Part shown: in pieces, positions 41,132-54,413 of the stretch | How the letters are laid out: each line of letters begins with the position of its first letter | Position numbering within the stretch: the stretch's first letter is position 1 | Notes under the pieces: model-generated | What the model was told of the DNA's origin: nothing | What the model saw: the letters and a program-made list of their open reading frames with translations, nothing else | The model's database searches: none | NCBI GenBank assembly: GCA_964016885.1 | Contig: OZ024742.1 | Location: 27,156,001-27,220,000, forward strand | From: Eledone cirrhosa | Lineage: Eukaryota | Direction: 5' to 3' | Length of the DNA stretch: 64,000 nucleotides | Translations under genes and position numbers: made by a program

Positions 41132-41272
41132 CCCAGGTTCCTGTTCACCAATCTGGTTACAAGGGAAAGTCACGACTGAGAACTTCTTTTCAACAAAGGT
41201 CGACTGAAGTTGAATGAGGGCTTCATAGTTCCTGTGGGTGAAACCACACTCACTAACCACGTTGACCAAAAG
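41132..41272 (-). pseudogene. Glutathione peroxidase (GPx7/GPx8-like, Cys type) exon fragment
   Basis: LLVNVVSECGFTHRNYEALIQLQSTFVEKKFSVVTFPCNQIGEQEPG contains GPx signatures VNVxSxCG and FPCNQxGxQEP. Catalytic TGT at 41246-41248; possible GT donor at 41131-41130; upstream side joined to a SINE tail. Confidence 0.85.
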
Positions 41273-42054
41273 TATCAGTAATACACTGGGTAATTGCTGG
41301 CCTTGTGCCAAAAGTAGAAACAATTATATGTTTATCCTTCTGAGTCAAGGGAAGGGGGGGGGGCACATTAACAGACGGCGTTTTCACGACATTTCTTTAA
41401 AAGCTGGAGCAGCACATTTCCTCAACAGGTCTGAGTACAGAAGATTTCTTCCAAAGAAGGATAGAAAGAGTGAGAGAATGGAGCGGAGAAAACATTATAG
41501 AGGATGAATCGACCCCAGTACTAGACTGGTGTTTGTTTTTTATCGACCTTTAATGGATGAAAGGCAAAATTGACCTCGGTGAGCAGAGAACCGAAACTAA
41601 TATTGCAAATCATTCTATCCGACTTTCTAACCACTCTGACAATCCCCCGTCTCTTATTATATTACATATTCTATTAGGAAACTCATGAACGTCACAGATG
41701 CCCATTTCCTCAAGTACGATAATGATTATTTCACCAGCTACTAATCTCTTTAGCTGAAAAATAAAACAATTTCTTTTCTTTGTATCGTTCGTTGCAAAAA
41801 TTATCTTCAATCCAAAATAGCAAGTCATATGATATAATAACTAATACCATAAACCAACTAAACTGTGATTTGTGAGAAAAGAACAATAATTAGACAGAAA
41901 AGAGTTGCATATAAACCTCATATGTTACATGGTCGTTATATATTCGCGTGTGTATGTGCTCTTGTGTGTGTAGTGTAGATATGCATTTATCATATGCAAA
42001 AATGTAATTGTAGGTTACATAAGGTGACACAATCACACACACACATATATAAAT

Positions 42055-42121
<67 letters not shown>

Positions 42122-42666
42122 CTCTAGAGAACGAGAGAGCGTGGAATTCGGTGAGTCAATAAAAATAGGAAGAGAATACAGCCATAAAAGTTGCAGATAT
42201 AATAAACTTACGTAAACTTAATTTGTAATTCTCGTGATTGCTGCTAGAGAAAGAGAAAAGTCGTCTGCTTGCAATCAAATTGGCTTGCAAATATGTATCA
42301 CGAGATATTTCTCACTAATTTATCTTCATTAATAATACAAAATTAAATTTGTTTCATTAATAATTCAAAATTGCAGATGGCTGTTCTATATTCTTTCATT
42401 ACAGCTGTCTCACCTTCCGTCAATCCTACCTTCCTGCCTTCCTCCCGTCGTTCCAGATTTTCCTTCCTTTCGTCACTTGTATTCCTCTTATACTATTTTG
42501 TTTCGTATATTTATTTGTTCGCGGGTGTATTTGATCACAGCACAGCCTGCTGTTACCTTAGTCAATATTCACATTCAACGACAATCAAAGCCGTTCTCTC
42601 ATTATAAAATAAACAATTATTATCCTTATTATCATTGTTATTGTTGTTATTATTATTATTATTATT

Positions 42667-43586
42667 CCTCGGCGTTCTATAGAGGACTAGTGGAGGGGAA
42701 GAGCGACGACGTTCTCGGAGAGATCCTGGACGTCGAAGAAGATGAGCTGTTTGCTCTCTTCCGGAGAACCTTCAGCCCAGGGCCCATGGATAACTTCCAA
42801 AAATCCTTGGCCTGGCAGTGCTACCGAGGAGCCTTGCCGGTTCGAGATAAGTTCACGGGAGTGGCATCAGCCGAGCCTGTCCGAGATGGGTGCAGAGCGA
42901 CGAAACGTCGTGCACGCACTCATTCAGTGCCCAAGCATTGCTGACTTGTGGAGCTATGTCGAACAGTTGCTGTTGCGTGTGGGACTGATCCGGTTATCGA
43001 CTGAGTGCAGTGTGCAGATGGTCTTGCCGTCTTCCTTCGAGGAGGAAGGGCAGGCGGTTTTCATCTGCTTGGTGGCAATGGCGAAAGAGATTGTGTGGTG
43101 GAAAAGGTTGAAAGGGTTAAAAACAGACACTTTCCTCTTCGGCGAATCTATAATTAACATTTTCAAGATTCACTTGAAGAGGAAAATCAGGGTGGAGAGG
43201 CAAGTGCTGCCTTCTAGCAAGTTTGTTGAAAGGTGGGTGAATGTAGCGAGAATGGTCCGAGTGAACGCGAGCGCTCTGAATATACGCCTGTAGTTTGAGA
43301 AATGGAAATATTGAGAGAGGGCGCTTGCCCTGGTGGTCAGGGTGGCCGTGGTCTTTTGTGTGGTTTTCGCCACGAGTAACCCTCGGAGGTTTCCCCCCTA
43401 TTGGAGAATTTTTCATTGTTTCAATTTTCATTTTTATTGTTTCTATATATATATGTTTCTATGTCTTTTTTTTCATTTCTTTTATAAATAATAAAAATCT
43501 TTACACGCACAAAACCCATATCGTACCGTCCTGTACCGTCTGTAATGATTTTCTTGATGTCAGCCTTTGTGGCCAATAAAGAAATC
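42667..43586 (+). mobile_element. 5'-truncated L1/Tx1-clade retrotransposon 3' end
   Basis: KSLAWQCYRGALPVRDK...HALIQCPSIADLW...FVERW (zf-RVT-type C-terminus, frameshifted); 3' UTR ending AATAAA then (ATT)n; (ATT)n on both sides. Confidence 0.75.
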
Positions 43587-43610
43587 ATTATTATTATTAT
43601 TATTATTATT

Positions 43611-44704
43611 GCTCTTTGAGTTTCAGTCATTGATGTTAGTTAACTGGAAAGTTTGTTGAAATGAATATCAAGCCACTACCTGCAGCCTCAGATATTCAGG
43701 ACGTATCGGAGGGTTCTTGCTGTTTCCAGCAAGCATGCCTTTTGAAGTGTTCCAAAAAGCGGGGCGTGACCAATTTTCTTTAAACATCCTTGTAAACTCT
43801 TTGAGATAGTACCTAGTGCGCCTATGACAATCGGGTCCACTTTGACCTCATGACAGTTACAAATCCTTTTACCTCCCACTTTAAGTGCTGATATCGGTTA
43901 AGTTTCTCCCTCTCCTTCTCTTGCACTCTCGTGTCGAATGGGCAGGCTAGATACACAAACAGGCACGATATTTGTTCCTTGTCCAAAGCACCATGTCAGG
44001 TCTATTGTGTTCCAGTTTCTTGTCCGTCTGCATCCTAAAATCCCACAGCACCTTCATCTGATCCTTTTCCATCACCGACTCTGGCTTATGCTCATACCAC
44101 TTCTCAGAATGTGGTAAATTGTTTACTTTGCATAGGTGCCAGTGGATCACCCTGCCCATCACATCATGTCTCCAGCCCTTATAGTGAGTCTGGGCTAGGT
44201 GTTTACACTCGGATACAATGTGAGCCACAGTCTCCTCTCTCTCTCCACAGATCCTACATAGTGGGCTAGCCTCCTCCTTGTAAATATGGTGTTTCAGCCA
44301 CTTCGTTTTGATGGCCTGCTCTTGCGAAGCCATTAGCATTCCTTCTGTAGCCTTTTTAAGGTCTCCTCTTTTCAACCAGTTCCATGTCTGTGGATCTCTA
44401 AATTCAGTTTTCTCAAAGAAGGCACTATGAATGGACTTTTCATGAAGGCTGCTCTTTCTCCTTGTGTTATTTCCTCCTTGGACATCCCTTGGTCTATTGT
44501 CCTCTTCTTCAGTACAATTCTGAGCATTGGCTCCCTACTATCAGTCACGTATTTGTGTAGGTTGTTTTTCTCCATCTGAACACAGTCCTCTATGCTGATA
44601 AGACCTCTTCCACCATCAGATCTCCTTAAGTAGAGTCTATCGACATCACTCCTTTTGTGGAACATGTTGTAGATAGTCAATAGCTTCCTAGTCTTCCTAT
44701 CCAT
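43611..44704 (-). mobile_element. R4/Dong-clade non-LTR retrotransposon, family A, 5'-truncated
   Basis: MDRKTRKLL...DVDRLYL.R..GGRGL, CRICGEREETVAHIVSEC (CCHC), RHD, NRPD, PIVIGALG (RLE); flanked by (ATT)n. Confidence 0.92.
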
Positions 44705-44721
44705 TATTATTATTATTATTA

Positions 44722-45565
44722 CAGCTGCATTTATCTTGCTTTATGTTCATACGAGTTATCACCAAGTCACAACCAGTGACCTCAAGAGACAACAAGGTCC
44801 GCCATGTTCAAGAAAGAACATACATACTCACACATGCATCTTTAGTGTTTAGACTTGTGATGTACTTATATTGACATAATCTTCCTTTGTATATGGGCAG
44901 TTCCCATTAGTACTATCTTTTGTATTTCTCCTATACGCGGGTTTCCTGGGATGTGCGATAAGTAATCATTAGACCTCTTAGGTATCATTCCCAGAGCGCC
45001 TACAACCACTGGTATTGTTTTAGTTCTCAATTTCCACATTTTTCCAATTTCTATCTCCAGGTCCTTATACTTGCTCAATTTTTCAAATGTTTTTATAGAT
45101 ATATTCTTGTCTATTGGAACAGACATATCAATTAGCAGGCATACCCTCTTTTTAAAGTCCTTCAATATTATATCAGGTCTATTTGCATCTATTTTTCGGT
45201 CTGTTTGGATGCTAAAGTTCCACAAGATTGAGATGTGATCTTTTTCAAGTATGGGAGGTGGTTGATGCTCCCACCAATTCTTTTGATGGGGCAGGTCAAA
45301 ATGCTTACACATTATCCAATGTATGTATTGTGCAGCTCTGTCATGCCTGTGTAGGTATTCGGTTGGAGCTATAGGACTGCACATTGAAATTATATGGTCA
45401 ATGTCTCTGGTTGTTTTTTGCATACACGGCATAATGGGCTGCATCCATTTTTTATTATGTTGGCTTGGTAATTTTTTGTTGGCAGACACTGATCTTGTGC
45501 TGATATAATCAGTCCTTCAGTCTCCGATTTCAGTCCAGAGGACGCCAACCACTGATGGGTTAAAG
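44722..45565 (-). mobile_element. R4/Dong-clade element, family B copy 1
   Basis: LKSETEGLIISAQDQ, CRVC, RHD, NRPDII, LIDMSVP, KLSKYKDL; between (ATT)n tracts. Confidence 0.92.
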
Positions 45566-45591
45566 TTGTTATTATTATTATTATTATTATT

Positions 45592-46393
45592 TGCATTTAT
45601 CTTGCTTTATGTTTATACGAGTTATCACCAAGTCACAACCAGTGACCTCAAGAGACAACAAGGTCCGCCATGTTCAAGAAAGAACACACATATTCACACA
45701 TGCATCCTTAGTGTTTAGACTTGTGATGTACTTATATTGACAGGATCTTCCTTAGTATATGGGCAGTTCCCATTAGTACTATCTTTTGTATTTCTCCTAT
45801 ACGCGGGTTTCCTGGGATTTGCGATAAGTAGTCGTTAGACCCCTTAGGTATCATTCCCAGAGCGCCTACAACCACTGGTATTGTTTTAGTTCTCAATTTC
45901 CACATTTTTCCAATTTCTATCTCCAGGTCCTTATACTTGCTCAATTTTTCAAATGTTTTTATAGATACATTCTTGTCTATTGGAACAGACATATCAATTA
46001 GCAGGCATACCCTCCTTTGAAAGTCCTTCAATATTATATCAGGTCTATTTGCATCTATTTTTCGGTCTGTTTGGATGCTAAAGTTCCACAAGATTGAGAT
46101 GTGATCTTTTTCAAGTATGGGAGGTGGTTGATGCTCCCACCAATTCTTTTGATGGGGCAGGTCAAAATGCTTACACATTATCCAATGTATGTATTGTGCA
46201 GCTCTGTCATGCCTGTTTAGGTATTCGGTTGGAGCTATAGGACTGCACATTGAAATTATATGGTCAATGGTCTCTGGTTGTTTTTTGCATACACGGCATA
46301 GTGGGCTGCACCCATTTTTTATTATGTTGGCTTGGTAATTTTTTGTTGGCAGACACTGATCTTGTGCTGATATAATCAGTCCTTCAGTCTCCG

Positions 46394-46396
<3 letters not shown>
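45592..46396 (-). mobile_element. R4/Dong-clade element, family B copy 2
   Basis: Near-identical to copy 1 but truncated slightly further; between (ATT)n tracts. Confidence 0.92.
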
Positions 46397-46448
<52 letters not shown>

Positions 46449-47995
46449 GTTTTAATTTTCTTTCATTATTGTTTCTGAGATATATGCCGTGTGTCTTCCT
46501 GACACCTAGGGCAAATAAATTCACAGTGTGCATTGGTAAGCCAGTTAATACAGCACATTGATTATAATTTTTAAAAAAAGAAAGCAGTATACATATATAA
46601 ACATATGGATATGCATATGTAAATACAAGGAGGGATATCAATCTTACAGAGATAGTGCTCTTCTCAATACGTGTGCAGTACCAGCGAAAACAATTTTCTG
46701 CACCTCGTGCAGAGAGGGTAAACCAAGGAATCATTCGCAAATATTGTTCTCTTCCTTTCTTGATCATTCCCAGGCCTGCCATAATCACTGGTATTGTAAC
46801 GGCCTTGAGGTGCCACATTTTCTCAATTTCAATAAGCAGATCTTTATATTTTCGTAGCTTGTCAAATTCTTTTGCCGCAATATTATGATCATATGGGATG
46901 CTCATATCTATCAATAAACAGACCTTGTTATGTTGATCTTTTACAATGATGTCAGGTCTATTTGCTTTTATGGTCCTGTCAGTATGTACAGGAAAGTCCC
47001 AGAGAATTGTTACTTTTTCTCCTACAGTTACAGTCTCAGGGTGATGATTTTACCACTTGTCTTCAGCTTTGATTTTGTAATGCCGACATATTACCCTGTG
47101 TAGATATTGGCCAACTCTGTCATGTCTATATTTGTATTCTAGTGGTGCTAAAACTTTACATCCAGAGACTAAGTGTCACAGAATTACCAACCAGAGACTT
47201 TTGTCACAGAATTACCAATCATTATTTGTTTTCTATTGTGGATTGTATTTGGGAGTTTTTGAATTGGTTCTCTATCATTTATACTAGAATGTCTTACTAT
47301 TGCAAGCTCATTCAGTATTTTTTGCTTTAATTCCTTTATATTCTCCCTGTGTTCTCCCTATGTTTGGTTTTTGCAATTACTGTTTCTAAGTCCTTCTCCT
47401 GCTAATTTCAGCGGGTTCAATAGGGCTTCTCATTTCTACAAACCTATTTGTGATTTGGTAAGATGGAGGTCTTTCAGTAAAGATTTGTGACTGGTTACTA
47501 TCTCCAGGAGATTCTTCAGTTCTTTCATCATTTATATTTATGTCATTCTCCACAGTCTGCTTGATCGCAGTTAGTTCAGTGTCTGTGAGTCTATTATTTC
47601 TGAAGATATACCTCCTTACATTTGCCAACTTATTTCCATCCATATCACGTCTGCTAACTTGATTCCGATTTTTCCAGATTTTGTAGGAATTTAAAGTGTG
47701 TCTGTCTTGTGATGGCTTACCTAATGCATAGTAATATGCATATATTACTTCTTTATACTCCTCTCGAGTCCATTTCATCCTTTTATGTTTTTCTTTTTGA
47801 GGTGGTTTGGGTGGTGGATCTGGAGGGCTCGAGTTAGGGCAATCCCCGATCAAGTGACCATCCAGGTCCATAATTGGAGAAGAGTTTGTGCCAGAGGAGG
47901 ACTTTTCGATCTCAGGTTGGCACCTTCCTGAGGGACGCGCTTCCTGATTAACCACAGGAAAAGCGATTTCGTATTGTGTATTAATCTTTATTTGT
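46449..47995 (-). mobile_element. R4/Dong-clade element, family C, large internal deletion
   Basis: N-terminal Myb-like region KRMKWTREEYKEVIYAYY...NNRLTDTEL (47386-47955) joined near 47170-47220 to the RLE end (RHD, RPD, IDMSIPYD, KLRKYKDL); RT absent. Confidence 0.85.
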
Positions 47996-48765
47996 TCATC
48001 TCGTAGTACATGCTTGCGTTATGCATGGTATTGGACGTACATGGAAAGTTGCCTGGCTCTTTGGGTAGTGCATTTGCTGGCTGGCACTGAGATCATTATT
48101 ACTATTATACCAGTATAGTTATGGTCATTGTTGTTGTTGATTGAGGTGATATTGTTATGGTTGCAGCTGTAAGAGGTGTACGAGAATTTTCTCAACTGTT
48201 CTTGTGGTGTGAGTGGTGTTGGTGGTGGTGGTGGCAGGGAGATTAATGCTGGGGGTGGGGGTGCTGGGAGTGGCAGTGGGTAAGTTGACATTGTAGCTTA
48301 TAGGAGTTGCTTCTCCGATGTTATTGTCTGTCTATTTTGAGTTTGAGATGTAAATGGGGTACTAGTATTCTTTTTTCCCTTTGTTTTGTCCTTTATGTGG
48401 GCTCCATACACATACATAAATATACATTCACACGTGCATACTTATGCACACGTATGTATATACACACACATATATATATACCCACACATTAGACACTGAA
48501 AAGGGAGGTAGGTAGCAGTCAGTGATAGTAGTCTAAAAATAGATTGGGGATTTACTGGTGTGAATGTGTGAGGAAGTGGTTGTGAATGTGGTGGTGGGAG
48601 AGAGAAGTGATCTTTCAACTGTCCATTTTCCTTTCACAATCTGAAATTTAGCCACAATCGACCAAAATATAAAACAAGAAAATTGTGTTGGGGAAATATT
48701 AAAAAATATATATGCACCTTTCACATCTTCAGCTAGGGAGATGATTGCATAATAATTAGTCGGAT

Positions 48766-49111
48766 TGTAGTGACCTACATTCCGAGGGCTCATGGATACA
48801 TTCTCCGTACGTTGTTTGGCTCAGTTCAGCCAATCGCTACCAGCGTAGGAGCATGTATCTCGACTTCCGCCCAGAGGGAAAATCTCTCTTGCTGCTTTGG
48901 ACTCTGAAAGGTCAACACGCAAGTATGTAACGTTGAGATTTTCCCTTTGGCCTGTCGGCCTCTTTTGGCCCGACAGCGCTTTTCCTTTCTTTCTTAAAAT
49001 TCTTTATTTTGTTTGTTCTTTTCTTTGACTTGTCAACCCACTTAACTTGCGCGGTCGGTTGTAAATAAAGCTTGTAAACTATCATAAAGTCTCATAATAT
49101 TATGTTCTACA
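48766..49111 (+). mobile_element. Solo-LTR-like element with structured interior
   Basis: TGTAG...CTACA termini, AATAAA at 49064-49069 and three hairpins at 48795-48976; no clear target duplication. Confidence 0.45.
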
Positions 49112-49355
49112 AAGCCTACAATGAACTACAACTACTCCAACAAACATTCACTTTACGGCTAACTTTGCCTCTCCCTCGCTTAACGTTATATTTCTCACTA
49201 TAACAAATAACAACAATAACATATATTCTTTCTTATTAATATTATACCATGTAGGCATAATATTATTTTTCTGCTAAAGGATTTTTGATTAAACAGAACT
49301 TATCCCCCGAAATAAACTGTGTTTTCCGATCTATGTCTGTCTCTTTTCTTCAAAT

Positions 49356-49548
49356 AATTGTTTCTATTTTAGGCACAAAGCCAGCAAATTACCCAGTAGA
49401 TTACTGGTACTTTATTTTATATCGACCCAGGAAGGATGAAAGGCAAAGTTAACCTCGGCGGGATTTGAACTGAGATCATAAAGGGACGTAACTCTATGCT
49501 TCAAAGAATGGTGCCCGACGCTCTACCGATAGTGCCAATCCACCGCCC
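49356..49548 (-). mobile_element. Meta-type tRNA SINE
   Basis: Well-preserved copy ending ccaatccaccgcc (the SINE 5' end on the minus strand). Confidence 0.85.
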
Positions 49549-50179
49549 ATTTCTTCAAATAATAATATGTAAACAGCGATTGTAATGGGAAAATATATAA
49601 AAAATATTTATGCAGTTCTCACAACTAGTGTCAGATTATTTGTAGAGATAAGTGGTGAAATAATTTGTTGAATTTTCGTGTTAGGGAATACCAAATTAGA
49701 CAAAATTTACTCCTCGAAATAAGCAACGTGCGTCGTCCGATCTATGACTGTTTCTCTTCTTCAAATAGTGTTTTCTTTAAGTTCAAAGAATTAACGTCTG
49801 TATATCTGCATGTTTCTTTTGTGTACATTTTTCGTTGTGTTTATAATACATATTTGTGTAATATAATCAATAGAGTTTGTTACTTACATATATCGTTTTT
49901 CTTTTTCTTATGATTTAAAATTCTGAGTAGTGGTGCGGCTGATATTCAGTTTCTTTTTTACTCATGTGGTCCGTTATTTTAATGAAGGAAATTATTTTAT
50001 AAGGACGATCCGTGTACAAAATTTATTTTTTGAAGGCTTCTTTGGTATTCGTCCATTATGTTTCCACTTCGTTTTCTTAGTGTTTTATTATTGGTTTGTC
50101 GATGGTGTTCGATTTATTTCAAATCTTGTGGGGAGCTTAGTTATGGGCGTCCATGATGTTATTCAGTCCCTTATTATTA

Positions 50180-50556
50180 TGGATTGGCAGTATCGGTAGA
50201 GGGTTGGATGCCATGCTTTGACGCATAGAGTTATGGCCCTTTGCAATCAGAGTTCAAATCTCGCCGAGGTTAACTTTGACTTTCATCCTTGCGGGGTCGA
50301 TAAAATAAAGTACCAGTAATGCACTGGGTAATTTGCTGGCCTTGTGCCAAAAGTAGAAACAATTATTATGATTATAAGGGCTGTGGATTGGCAGTATTTG
50401 TAGAGGGTCGGACGCCATGCTTTCCAGCATAGTTACGTCCCTTTACGCCTGAGTTCAAATCCCGCCGAGGTTGCCTTTGCCTTTCATCCTTACGAGGTCG
50501 ATAAAATAAAGTACCAGTAATGCACTGCGTAATTGCTGGCCTTGTGCCTAACAATT
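50180..50556 (+). mobile_element. Two tandem Meta-type SINEs
   Basis: ggattggcagtat...gagttcaaatc...ctttcatcctt...gtcgataaaataaagtaccag, each with an ATT tail. Confidence 0.85.
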
Positions 50557-50567
50557 ATTATTATTAT

Positions 50568-52585
50568 TGGTCTTTGAGTCTCAGTCATTGATGTTAGTTA
50601 ACTGGAAAGTTTTTTGAAATGAATATCAAGCTACTATCTGCAGCCTCAGATATTCAGGACGTATCGGAGGGTTCTTGCTGTTCCCAGCAAGCATGCCTTC
50701 TGAAATGTTCCAAAAAAGCGGGGTGAGGCCAATTTTTTTTAAACATCCCTGGAAACTTTTTGAGATAGGACCTAGTGCGCCTATGACAATCGGGACCACT
50801 TTGACTTCATGTCAGTTCCAAATCCTTTTTACCTCCCACTTTAAGTCTGGTATCGGTTAATTTTCTCCCTCTCCTTCCCTTGCACTCTCGTGTCGAATGG
50901 GCAGGCCACATCCACAATCAGGCACGATATTTTTTCCTTGTCCAAAACCACCAGGTCAGGTCTATTGTGTTCCAGTTCCTTGTCCGTCTGTATCCTAAAA
51001 TCCACAGCAACTTCACCTGATCGTTTTCCATCACCGACTCTGGCTAATGCTCATACCACTTCTCAGAATGTGGTAAATTGTTTACTTTGCTTAGGTGCCA
51101 GTGGATCACCCTGCCCATCACATCATGACTCCAGCCTTTATAGTGAGTCTGGGCTAGGTGTTTACACTCGGATACATTGTGAGCCACAGTCTCCTCTCTC
51201 TCCACAGATCCTACACAGTAGGCTATCCTCCTCCTTGTAAATATGGTGTTTCAGCCACTTCGTTTTGATGGCCTGCTCTTGCGCAGCCATTAGTATTCCT
51301 TCTGTAGCCTTTTTAAGGTCTCCTCTTTTCAACCAGTTCCATGTCTGTGGATCTCTGAATTCCGTTTTCTCAAAGAAGGTACTATGAAGGGATTTTTCAT
51401 GAAGGTTGCTCTTTCTCCTCGTTGTAATTTCCTCCTTGGACATCGCCTAGTCTATTGTCCTCTCCTTCAGTACAGTTCTGTGAATCGGCTCCTTACTATC
51501 GGTCACGTATTTGTGTAGGTTGTTTTTCTCCACCTGAACACAGTCCTCTATGCTGATAAGACCTCTTCCACCTTCAGATCTCCTTAAGTAGAGTCTATCG
51601 ACATCACTCCTCTTGTGGAACATGTTCTAGATAGTCAATAATTTCCTAGTCTTCCTATCCATTTCTTTTTGTTCAGCAACATTCCATCTCAGAATTCCCG
51701 CACTGTACCTAATAATAGACACAGCTCGGGAATTTACTGCACTTATGACATTTCTACTGTTCAGATGTGATTTTAATACGCTCCTTACTCTCCGAATATA
51801 TTCAGATCTTATCAATTCCTTCATTTTTTTGTTCTTGATGTCATTAGCCTCCAGAATACCCATTCTTCAGTGTCAATTTCCTTTATCATCTCACCTGTTG
51901 TTACCTGGATTCCGTTGCTTCTGCTCAATTAACCCTCTTCATCACAAGGACTCCACACTTACTAATACCAAATTGCATACATATATCATTGTTGAAAATA
52001 CGGACAGTGTCAACAAGCACATCCAACTCCTTTTCACTCTTCCTGAAGAGCTTAAGATCGTCCATGAAGAGGAGGTGATTGATGGTAAGCTCTACCTTTC
52101 CCAACTTGTATCATGCTCTCACTTTTCGCAGTATAATGGTCAGGGGCATGAGGGCAAGGAAAAACAACAGAGGGGACAGACTATCTCCCTGGAAGATACC
52201 TCTCTTGATCTTCACGCCTCCGAAGGATTCTCCAGCTGATATTAACTCTGTTTTCCAGGACTTCATACTTTTGCCCAACAACTGTCTGATTGTATCTGCC
52301 ACCTTGAAGATCTCTAGGCTTTTGGTGATCCAAGAATGAGGCACCATGTCAAATGCCTTTTTGTAGTCTATCCATCCTATGGCAAGACCAGTGTGTCTCC
52401 TCTTGCAATTCCTCATTACCATCTTATCAATAAGTAACTGGTCCTTTGTACCACGGGACTTCTTTCGGCATCCTTTCTGTTCGTCCGGTAACAAGCTGTT
52501 TGTGTGGAGGTGATGGTAGATTTCCTCAGACATAATGCTTGTCAACAGTTTCCACATTACGGACAGACATGTGATAGGTCTATAG
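50568..52585 (-). mobile_element. R4/Dong-clade family A, longer copy with RT
   Basis: [60 protein letters not shown], then the same CCHC/RLE end as 43611-44704. Frameshifted; sits in the (ATT)n tail of a SINE. Confidence 0.93.
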
Positions 52586-52639
52586 TTGTTATTATTATTA
52601 TTATCATTATTATTATTATTATTATCATTATTATTGAGC

Positions 52640-54413
52640 ACGGAGAATTGTCAGTATAGGTAGAGCGTCGGACAATATGCTTTGCAGCATAGAGTTACGA
52701 CTCTTTACGTTCTGTGTTCAAGGTTAGTGTTGCCGTTCATCCTTACGGTGACGAGAAAATAAAGTAACAGTAATGCACTGGCGTTGATTTAATCGACTTT
52801 CTCCTCACCAAACGTTGCTGGCCTTGTGCCTAAATCAGAAACCATTATCATTGTTGTTGATGTTGTTCTTCTTAACGTCATTAATAGTTTTATCAACTTG
52901 TCCACAAATATTTCGAGTTTTCCTTGCATTATCATACACGGATTGGCAGTATCGGTAGAGGGTCTGACGCTATGCTTTGCAGCAAAGAGTTACGGCCCTT
53001 TATGATCTGAGTTAAAATCCTGCCGAGGTTAACTTTGCCTTTCATCCTTACGGGGTCGATAAAATAAAGTACCAGTAATACACTGGGGTAATTGCTGGCA
53101 TTGTGCCAAATGTAGAAACAATTATCATACACATACGTTTTGCTGAAATACGTAGAGCCATTTCAAGTTAAAAACTGTAGAATCATCAACACCTGCTTTG
53201 CCCTTGTGTGGTTATTATGTTGCTATTTTCGTATGCTAAATTGGTGTTTTATCTGGTTGTTGTGTTGGATGCATGTAACATTATTTATGTTATTTGCTTT
53301 CGTATGTGTAAAGTATGAGCTGGAAAGGCAGTGAATTGGCAGATTTCTTAGAACATCAGATAGAATATTTTGCGGTATTTGTTTCGGCTCTCCACTATCT
53401 GAGTTCTAATTACACCAAGGACAACTTTGCCTTTCAAACATTAGAGGCCGATAAAAAAAGTACCTGTCTTGTACTGGTGTCGATTCTTCTGCTATATCTC
53501 TCTCTTTCTTCCATTCTATCATTCTCTATTTTTCTCTTGAAAAAATCTGTTGTAATCAGACCTGGAGAGGGATGGGCTCCACAAGTACTCTAGAAACGGC
53601 ATATGTCAATATGGCACCCCTATGTCTCTTTCAAGGTTTACGAGACCATGGAAAGTGATACTCCATAGTGATGGACAATTTCGTAGAGTTGTTAGAGCGT
53701 TCGATATGTGTTTCATGTCTCTGTGTTCTGAGTTAAAATCTCGCAGAGTTTCTTTCGAGGGGACGATAACAAATGTACCAATCCAGTGCTGTTGCAGGCC
53801 TCTCTTCTTCCAACTGTCAAATACTGAGTGTTTCGATCACCCGAATGTCGAGAAGATGTCTGTGTCTGTTCGCGGTTGCATGGACATCTAAAACTCTAAG
53901 TGAATGTATAGTACATACTACCAAGTCATACTCGATTGCAAGTGATGGCTGTAGCAATTCTATATGTCCTAGATTATATAGCAGTACAGGTAGAGGTTTG
54001 GACAACATGCTTTGCGGCATATCGTTACATCTTTTTACGTTCTGAGTTCAAATATCACCTGGGTTAACTTTGCCTTTCATCCTTATGGGGTCGATAAAAT
54101 AAAGAAAGAATAACGCACTAAGATGAATTTAATCGACATTTCCCTCCCCAAACAATGTTAGCAATGTGCCTAAAGTAGGAACCAGTATAGGCGGTGGATT
54201 GGCAGTATCGGTAGAGCAATGGACATCATGCTGCTTTGAGGCATATAGTTACGTCTCTTTACGTTCTGAGTTTAAATTCCGCCTAGGTTTGCTTTGCCTT
54301 TCATCCCTACGGGGTCGATAAGTCAAATTACTAGTAACGGACTAAGGTCGATTTAATCGACATTACCCTCCCCTCAAAACTGTTGTCCTCAAGCCTAAAT
54401 AAGGAATCATTAT
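52640..54413 (+). mobile_element. Cluster of Meta-type SINEs (~52640, 52938, 53980, 54190); another copy at 56092-56305
   Basis: Same family motifs as above. Confidence 0.8.

Noticed and set aside
49356-49548. tRNA genes
   Set aside because: A/B boxes belong to SINE heads; no complete cloverleaf.
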